Source: an uncultured delta proteobacterium (GTDB lineage: Bacteria; Desulfobacterota; Binatia; UBA9968). From it: a stretch of 64,000 nt of DNA. The notes beneath the pieces are model-generated. The model saw nothing but the letters and a program-made list of their open reading frames with translations, did no database searches and was not told where the DNA came from. The stretch spans positions 256,001 to 320,000 of the forward strand of contig CAVSHR010000011.1 in assembly GCA_963727625.1 (NCBI GenBank). Reading direction: 5' to 3'. Shown one piece after another: positions 58,394 to 64,000 of the stretch. A program made the position numbers and the translations under genes. Numbering within the stretch: position 1 is the stretch's first letter; each line of letters opens with the position of its first letter.

Positions 58394-59413
58394 ATGCACA
58401 GGATTCCAATTGTTTTTCTGCTCGGCCTGTCAATTGGGCTGGGATGGAGTTGTCGCCCCCGGAATGATGCTTCGGAAAAGCTCGCTGAGGTTGACGGTAC
58501 GGTAATAACACAAGCGGAAATCGATAAGTCAGCCGGAAAACAACTTCAAGGCCTACGCCAGCAACTCTACCAGCTAGAACGGCAAAAGCTCGAAGAATAC
58601 ATCGGTGCAACGCTTCTCACGAAAGCAGCCAAGGAGCGCGGTGTCTCGGTGGCCACGGTTCTAGACCAGGAAGTTAACAAGAAAGTTTCGCCGGTTTCGG
58701 AAGACGAGATCAAAAGTTTTTACGAGAAGAACAAAGAGCGCATCCGGGTCGAGCTTGACAAAGTTCATGATCAAATTGCCGAATACCTGCGTCAACAGAG
58801 AATTGCCGAACGAAAGAGCGAATATTTTAAAACTCTTCGGGCCAAAGCGACAATCACGACGTATCTAAAGCCGCCGCCCATTCGACGAGTCGATGTGCTG
58901 ATCAAGGGCGCACCGTCGAAGGGCGACGTACGAGCGCCGGTCAAGATCGTCAAGTTCGAAGACTTCCAATGTCCGTTTTGCAAGGCGGTGCAGCCGACGC
59001 TCGCTGAATTAATGAAAAAATACGAAGGAAAAGTCCGGATTTTTCACAAGGACCTGCCGCTCAACGAGATACATCCGAAAGCGGAGCTGGCCGCGGAGGC
59101 GGCGCGCTGCGCGGGGGATCAGGGGAAGTACTGGCAGTATCATGACACTCTCTACACAAATGCGCCCAAGTTAAGCCCGGCGGATTTGAAGGCCTACGCC
59201 AAAGAAGCGGGTCTCGATACGCCGTCTTTCGATCAGTGTTTGGAAAGTGGAAAACATAAAGCCGGCGTGCAGCAAGACCTGAAGGAGGGCGCGAAGCTGG
59301 GCCTGACGGGCACACCGTCGTTCTTCATCAACGGCCGGGAGATTTCCGGGGCGCAGCCTTTGGAAAAGTTTTCTGCAATCGTCGACGACGAGCTGGCCAG
59401 GGCGGGGCAGTAA
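58394..59413 (+). CDS. DsbA-family thioredoxin lipoprotein with SurA-like N-terminal helical domain
   Basis: Possible lipobox GWSC, FEDFQCPFC, GLTGTPSFFINGR, GAQP. Confidence 0.88.
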   Translation: MHRIPIVFLLGLSIGLGWSCRPRNDASEKLAEVDGTVITQAEIDKSAGKQLQGLRQQLYQLERQKLEEYIGATLLTKAAKERGVSVATVLDQEVNKKVSPVSEDEIKSFYEKNKERIRVELDKVHDQIAEYLRQQRIAERKSEYFKTLRAKATITTYLKPPPIRRVDVLIKGAPSKGDVRAPVKIVKFEDFQCPFCKAVQPTLAELMKKYEGKVRIFHKDLPLNEIHPKAELAAEAARCAGDQGKYWQYHDTLYTNAPKLSPADLKAYAKEAGLDTPSFDQCLESGKHKAGVQQDLKEGAKLGLTGTPSFFINGREISGAQPLEKFSAIVDDELARAGQ

Positions 59414-59417
59414 AATG

Positions 59418-59768
59418 GGCAGGGGGACAGAGCGCATAGAGCAAAGGGCATAGGGCATAAAGAAGCGGGCAGCTAGCAGCCGGCAGCGGGTAGGGAGAGA
59501 GCGAGAGCATGGCGCGGTGCTCTTAAACCCCTGCGCTGTGCCCTCTGTCTTACGCGCTTTGCCATGATTGACCGGAGACCGGTGACGGATGACCGGTGAT
59601 ACGCTTTACGCCATACCTTCAGCGCACGGCCTGCTGCCTTCTGCGCTTTGCTCCATGCTCTTTGCTCTCTATCCTATGCCCTTAGCCCTTTGCTTGCTGC
59701 TCTAGCTGCCTTGCTGCCCACTGCCCTATGCGCCATGCCCTTCGCTCCCTGCGCCCTGGGCGCTTCGC
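59418..59768. repeat. Large degenerate inverted heptamer-repeat element
   Basis: Purine-rich units (AGAGCAA AGGGCAT AGGGCAT ... CTAGCAG CCGGCAG), a (GACCGGW)-like x4 block, then many pyrimidine-rich units (CTCCATG CTCTTTG ... ATGCGCC ATGCCCT). Confidence 0.75.
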
Positions 59769-61353
59769 TGTTTTGACCGCGGCCCTGGGCTTGCTGTTCG
59801 CCGTGGGTGCGTTCTTCGGGGCAAATAAGCAGATTCTCGGGTTGTTTCACGACGACGGCGTCTACACCGTCGTCGCCAAAGCCTTATACCAAGGCGAGGG
59901 CTATCGGATCATCAGCCTGCCGTCGTCGCCGCCCCAAACCAAGTATCCGTTTCTCTATTCCTATCTCCTCTCTTGGCTCTGGGCGCTCGATCCGGTCTTT
60001 CCGCGGAACATCGCCCTCCTGAAGGCATTGAACTGCGCCATCTTGGGGGCCATTTTCGTCTTGAGCGTGGGGTTTTACCGGCGCTATTTTTCCGCGGCGA
60101 AATTCGCCGCGCTGGTTTTCGCCGTGCTGGTTTGCGCCAATCCGATCGTTTTTACCTTTACCGATTACGTGGTGAGCGATCTGTTGTTCGTCCTGCTCGC
60201 GCTCGCTGCGCTCGCGTTGTATAGCGGCTCGGTGAGTTCGACCTCGCGTGCGAGATTATCGCTCACGGCGGCGCTTACCGGCCTCGCCTGCGTCACCCGG
60301 CTTGCCGCCGCGCCGCTGGCGCTGGCCGGCGCGACCGGCAGCTTCATCGAGCGCGGCTGGCGCGGCGCGCTCTATTTTTGCTGCGGCGTGGCGCTGTTCA
60401 TCGGGCCGTGGTTTTTGTGGGTATATTTCCATATCGATCATTTGACCAATCCGCTTTTTGACTATTACCGGGCCTATGACTTTTCCAGCGCGGCGAAAAG
60501 CCAGATCGGCGAGTGGTTTGCCGGCCACTGGTTGGTAGTGGCGGGGAATGCCCGCTATTTCTTCGACAGTTTCGATTTGCTCTATCTGCTGCCGCTGATG
60601 CCCTGGCTGGCGCCGTTGGTCGGCGCGCTGACTCTGGTCGGCGTGTTCGTTTCGATGCGCCGGGAAGAGCTTTTCCTCTGGAGTTTTTTTCTCGCGTCGT
60701 TGGCCCTGCTGCTCCTTTGGCCGTTTCATCCGGGCCGGTATGTGGCACCGCTGGTGCCGTTGTTGGGATTGTTTCTGTTTCGCGGCATCGACGCGCTGGA
60801 GCGCTGGATTCGGACCTGGGGTGGCGAAGGATCGATGGCCCAGGTGGCCGCCAAGCTCGCCTGGTGTCCGGTATTGCTGATTCTCGTCCTCGATGGCGTG
60901 TGGCTGTCGAGTTATTTCCTGCTTCGCGACGAGCAAACCAGCCGCGGACTGTACGGCAGACGGTTGCCCTACGGCTGGCGCGGCTTTGAGGAGAGTTTTG
61001 CCTGGCTTCGCGCAAATACGAAATCCGACGCGCTGCTGGCGACGGCGTACGATCCGATGTACTTCCTCTACACCGGCCGGCAGGCGATTCGCCCGGCGCT
61101 GCATCGCTCTGGAAGCTATTTTTATCCCTACGGCGAAGCGAGACCCGACGTCGGCTCGGCGGCGGAGATCAAAAGCGCTCTGGAAGCATTACGCGTGGAC
61201 TATCTCATCATCGATCCGCTGGACGGTTACGCGGAAGGGCAGGCGACATTAACCATGCTCGACGAATTGGTGGCATCCTACGGCGACAAGGTCAAGATCG
61301 TGTTTACCAGCAGCGACGGCAAACATCGGATCTACGCGTTGGCGCGGAAGTAA
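59728..61353 (+). CDS. GT-C-fold (PMT/ArnT-like) membrane glycosyltransferase
   Basis: GLFHDDGVY...AKAL acidic first loop, TKYPFLY, VSDLLF, GRYVAP, YLYTGR-like motif; about 11 TM. Confidence 0.72.
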   Translation: MRHALRSLRPGRFAVLTAALGLLFAVGAFFGANKQILGLFHDDGVYTVVAKALYQGEGYRIISLPSSPPQTKYPFLYSYLLSWLWALDPVFPRNIALLKALNCAILGAIFVLSVGFYRRYFSAAKFAALVFAVLVCANPIVFTFTDYVVSDLLFVLLALAALALYSGSVSSTSRARLSLTAALTGLACVTRLAAAPLALAGATGSFIERGWRGALYFCCGVALFIGPWFLWVYFHIDHLTNPLFDYYRAYDFSSAAKSQIGEWFAGHWLVVAGNARYFFDSFDLLYLLPLMPWLAPLVGALTLVGVFVSMRREELFLWSFFLASLALLLLWPFHPGRYVAPLVPLLGLFLFRGIDALERWIRTWGGEGSMAQVAAKLAWCPVLLILVLDGVWLSSYFLLRDEQTSRGLYGRRLPYGWRGFEESFAWLRANTKSDALLATAYDPMYFLYTGRQAIRPALHRSGSYFYPYGEARPDVGSAAEIKSALEALRVDYLIIDPLDGYAEGQATLTMLDELVASYGDKVKIVFTSSDGKHRIYALARK

Positions 61354-61359
61354 AATTGC

Positions 61360-61615
61360 TCGGAGCAGGGGGGCGAAGAGGGTAAAACCGAGAGCGGTGA
61401 GGCAATGCCAAGTCGATTTCGCCACAGGAGGCGGAGAGTACGCAGAGGTTTATTCTTTTTGCGGATTACTGCCAGCTGCTCTCGACGCTCGGCTCTTTGC
61501 GCCATGCCCTATGCTCTTTCCAGACTGCCAGCTGCCTGCCGCTCTGTGTTCTCAGCGCTCAGCATTCAGCTCTTAGCCATCAGCTCTCCGCGCCACGCCC
61601 CATGCCCGCTGCTGC
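61360..61615. repeat. Degenerate heptamer-repeat intergenic element between convergent genes
   Basis: CTCTTTG CGCCATG CCCTATG CTCTTTC; CTCAGCG CTCAGCA TTCAGCT CTTAGCC ATCAGCT; short purine-rich left arm. Confidence 0.7.
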
Positions 61616-63081
61616 TAGCTGGCTTTGTCGTCCGGCGGGATGATGAGCTTCATGCCGATAAAGATATAGTTAGGGTTTTTGACCTGTTCTTTATTGGCCT
61701 CGTAGATCTTTTCCCACTTGTACGGTGAGTCGTAAAACCGCTGGGCCAAGCGCGACAGGGTGTCGCCGGCCTTCACTGAGTATTGCTGCGGTGCGACCTT
61801 TTCGCTTTTCGCGCTAACCGCGGTCGCGGAAGTTTTGATCGGAGCGGGCGGCGGCTGTTTGGCCACCGGATGAATCTTTGCTTCGGCCAGCTCCGACTTG
61901 GCTTTCACTTCCCCTGCCGGGGCGCTGGCAATCTCGGCAGGCGCCGCCGCCGCGGGTTCCGCCTTCGGCGCTGGCTTGGCCACCGGCGCGGCCGCTAGCG
62001 ATCGCGCTTTTGGCGCGGTCTGGGCGAGCGCAGGGGTCTTGTAGAGCCGATCGATGAAGCCCGAGCTATCGAGCTCTTTGATGATGCTCATGTCGACAAA
62101 CTGTTCGGGCCGGGCCGAGCGAGCGGCGGCATCCTTCGCGCCCATTTCACGCAAGATAATTTGAATGCCCTTCTGCGTCGGGTAGGGCTTTTCGGGGACC
62201 AGCGTCACGATGATCGATTCGTAGGTGTCCTCAAGCATTTCTCTATCGTCGGTGCGCAGATATTTGGCGAGCACGTCGATGGTTTCCTTGCGATGGGTCT
62301 TGGCGTAGTGGATGCCTTCAACGTAGGCTTGCATGAATTCTCGCGCCAATTGCGGCTTCGATCTGAGCAAGGCTTTGGTGGTGGCGATGCTGGTGTGCTG
62401 ATATTCCAAGCCGAGCATTTGCAGATCGGCGAGCATGGGGAAGCCGAGTTTTTTCGCTCTGAGCGAGGTCGGCAACGAAAGCATCGCGCCTTGGATCTTG
62501 CCCGCCTCGAGCGCCGCGAGCAGCGCCGGCACATTGCCCAATTGGAGGATCGCCACCTCCTTGTTGGCGTCCAGTCCGTATTTATCGAGGGCGTAGCGCA
62601 TGGCGAAGTCGGTCGCCGAGCCGTAGCGCGTGACGCCCACGGTTTTTCCCTTGAACTGATCGGGCCGAGCGATGCTTTTGTCGGTGTAAAGCTGAAAAGT
62701 CAAAGTGTTCACCACACCGGCGATCATCACGGCGTCGGAGCCCCGCAGGCTGCTTTGGATCACCGCCGGGCCGGCCAATTGCGCGAAGGCGAGATCGCCG
62801 GCAACCAAGGATTGCGCGGTGGTCGTGCCCGACTCGATCAAGACCACTTGAACGTCCAGGCCATGTTTGCGAAACAAGCCTTTTTCCTGAGTCACCCACA
62901 GGGGTGCCATGTTGCCGGAGATCGAGCTGTAAGCGACGTTGATTTTTTGCAAAGGACGGTCGGCGCCAACCGCCGGCGACTGGGGGAGGATCGGGGCATA
63001 GAGCAGGGCGAGCAGGGCCAAGGCCCGTCCGAGCAGGTCAATGACCGGTCGCTTTAGCGCGGAAATTAGATTGGCTCTCAT
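61615..63081 (-). CDS. SsuA/THI5-like ABC substrate-binding protein fused through a Pro/Ala linker to LysM
   Basis: Signal peptide, APLWVTQEKGLFRKHGLDV, GKTVGVTRYGS; C-terminal YSVKAGDTLSRLAQRFY...WEKIYEAN...NPNYIFIGMKLIIP. Confidence 0.88.
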   Translation of the reverse strand: MRANLISALKRPVIDLLGRALALLALLYAPILPQSPAVGADRPLQKINVAYSSISGNMAPLWVTQEKGLFRKHGLDVQVVLIESGTTTAQSLVAGDLAFAQLAGPAVIQSSLRGSDAVMIAGVVNTLTFQLYTDKSIARPDQFKGKTVGVTRYGSATDFAMRYALDKYGLDANKEVAILQLGNVPALLAALEAGKIQGAMLSLPTSLRAKKLGFPMLADLQMLGLEYQHTSIATTKALLRSKPQLAREFMQAYVEGIHYAKTHRKETIDVLAKYLRTDDREMLEDTYESIIVTLVPEKPYPTQKGIQIILREMGAKDAAARSARPEQFVDMSIIKELDSSGFIDRLYKTPALAQTAPKARSLAAAPVAKPAPKAEPAAAAPAEIASAPAGEVKAKSELAEAKIHPVAKQPPPAPIKTSATAVSAKSEKVAPQQYSVKAGDTLSRLAQRFYDSPYKWEKIYEANKEQVKNPNYIFIGMKLIIPPDDKAS

Positions 63082-63109
63082 GGGATTCTCCTTGTGATCG
63101 TTACCTTGG

Positions 63110-63262
63110 CTCTCAGCCGTCAGGTATCAGCGTTCAATGTTTGTGTTTTGGACTACAGGACCACGGTTCTGCCAGCTGCCCTCTGCTCTTTGCCTTCCGC
63201 CGCCTGCCAGCTGCAACCTGCCTGTTGCCTGCTCTGCACCCTTAGCCCTACGCCCTTTGCAT
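63110..63262. repeat. Degenerate heptamer-repeat intergenic element
   Basis: CTCAGCC GTCAGGT ATCAGCG TTCA; CTGCCAG CTGCCCT CTGCTCT TTGCCTT ... TAGCCCT ACGCCCT TTGC. Confidence 0.7.
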
Positions 63263-63264
63263 TT

Positions 63265-64000
63265 TCATTCCCGGTTCAAGCGCGCCATCGCCGCCTTTAG
63301 GCTCGCCCGCATGCGCTCGAGGGAGCGGCCCAACTCGCCGATTTCGTCGTTGCTTTGAATCGGCACCGTGGCATCGAGACGGCCGCGGCTAATGTCGTCG
63401 GCGATCGCTTTTAAATCCAAAATCGGCCGGATGGTTTTGCTCGCCAGCACGATCGAAAGGATCACGCCAAGCACCAGACAGGCAACGATCAGGCCGATGA
63501 TCGGCACGAGCGTCCAGCGCACGTTATCCTGCACCGTTTGCGCCCAAAGCCCGACCCGCACGACACCGAGCTGGCCGTCGAGCAGGGGCGCGCGGGTTTC
63601 GTAGACGTTCTTGCCGCGCGCGCGGGTGACGCGCATCGACGCCGCGGTGCCGCCGGAGTCCTTCAACTCATCCGGAAAGGGGTTCATGCTGCTCGCCAGA
63701 ACTTCCCCCTTAGGGTCCTGGATAAAAGCGTAAGCGACGCCGTCCAGGCGCCCGTACTTGGCGACCAGCGCGTCGAGCTGGAGCACGCTCTTACGCGAAA
63801 CGAAGCCAGCCGCGGCGTCGGCGAGGTTGGTGGCAAGAGCGTTGGAGCGCAGGTCGACCTGTTTTTGCAACGCGGCGGTTGTGAAAAAATAAACAATGCC
63901 GATGACGAGCAGGCCCAGCACCAGGATCAGACCGCTGAAAGCGGTGATGATTTTCCAACGCAGGCCGCCGCGCTGCCAATGGATGCCCAGCGGTTTGGCG
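63265..64000 (-). CDS. Membrane protein TM-sensor-TM-HAMP with no C-terminal output domain (5' end outside the window)
   Basis: Frame open to the window edge (AKPLGIHWQRGGLRWKII...); IRPILDL..IADDISRG....SNDEIGELGRSLERMR, then stop. Confidence 0.85.
   Translation of the reverse strand, partial: AKPLGIHWQRGGLRWKIITAFSGLILVLGLLVIGIVYFFTTAALQKQVDLRSNALATNLADAAAGFVSRKSVLQLDALVAKYGRLDGVAYAFIQDPKGEVLASSMNPFPDELKDSGGTAASMRVTRARGKNVYETRAPLLDGQLGVVRVGLWAQTVQDNVRWTLVPIIGLIVACLVLGVILSIVLASKTIRPILDLKAIADDISRGRLDATVPIQSNDEIGELGRSLERMRASLKAAMARLNRE

Noticed and set aside
59171-59510. Short ORFs such as MPYALCSMR..., plus 61405..61728 and 63094..63358
   Set aside because: They are translations of heptamer repeats or antisense to real genes; no RBS or domain evidence.
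1-64000. tRNA, rRNA, prophage or integrase genes
   Set aside because: None recognised by eye; tRNAscan-SE and cmscan would be needed to exclude small RNAs fully.

Overview
A 64 kb bacterial surface/biofilm island. Gene style suggests a deltaproteobacterial/Candidatus Binatia-like organism (inference only). Left to right: (1) 1-22.5 kb, a 20-gene glycan biosynthesis cluster with GT2s, GT4s, gmd, a flippase, DegT, a radical SAM enzyme, an FAD oxidoreductase and four atypical GT2 paralogues. (2) 23-36.6 kb, a PEP-CTERM/exosortase system: exosortase-EpsI, a PrsT-like TPR protein bracketed by two four-helix-bundle genes set in heptamer repeat arrays, and three PEP-CTERM proteins with sigma54 promoter candidates and paired TGT-N11-ACA boxes. 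Nested inside are a RiPP-like HPr-rel-A module (PqqD/RRE, HprK-related kinase, nucleotidyltransferase) whose candidate twin-arginine precursor is hidden by a 1-nt frameshift, and a RAYT-type tyrosine transposase with tandemly reiterated flanking sequence. (3) 36.8-47.3 kb, an HTTM-DCC membrane protein, an S8 protease behind a c-di-GMP-I riboswitch, an EAL phosphodiesterase, a GT-C-like protein, a histidine kinase and a REC-GGDEF cyclase. (4) 47.8-58.3 kb, a Flp/Tad pilus locus. (5) 58.4-64 kb, DsbA, a second GT-C-like protein, an SBP-LysM fusion and a HAMP protein. Many genes carry small indels, most likely long-read assembly errors. All calls come from reading motifs by eye; no database searches were run, and family accession numbers are recalled from memory.
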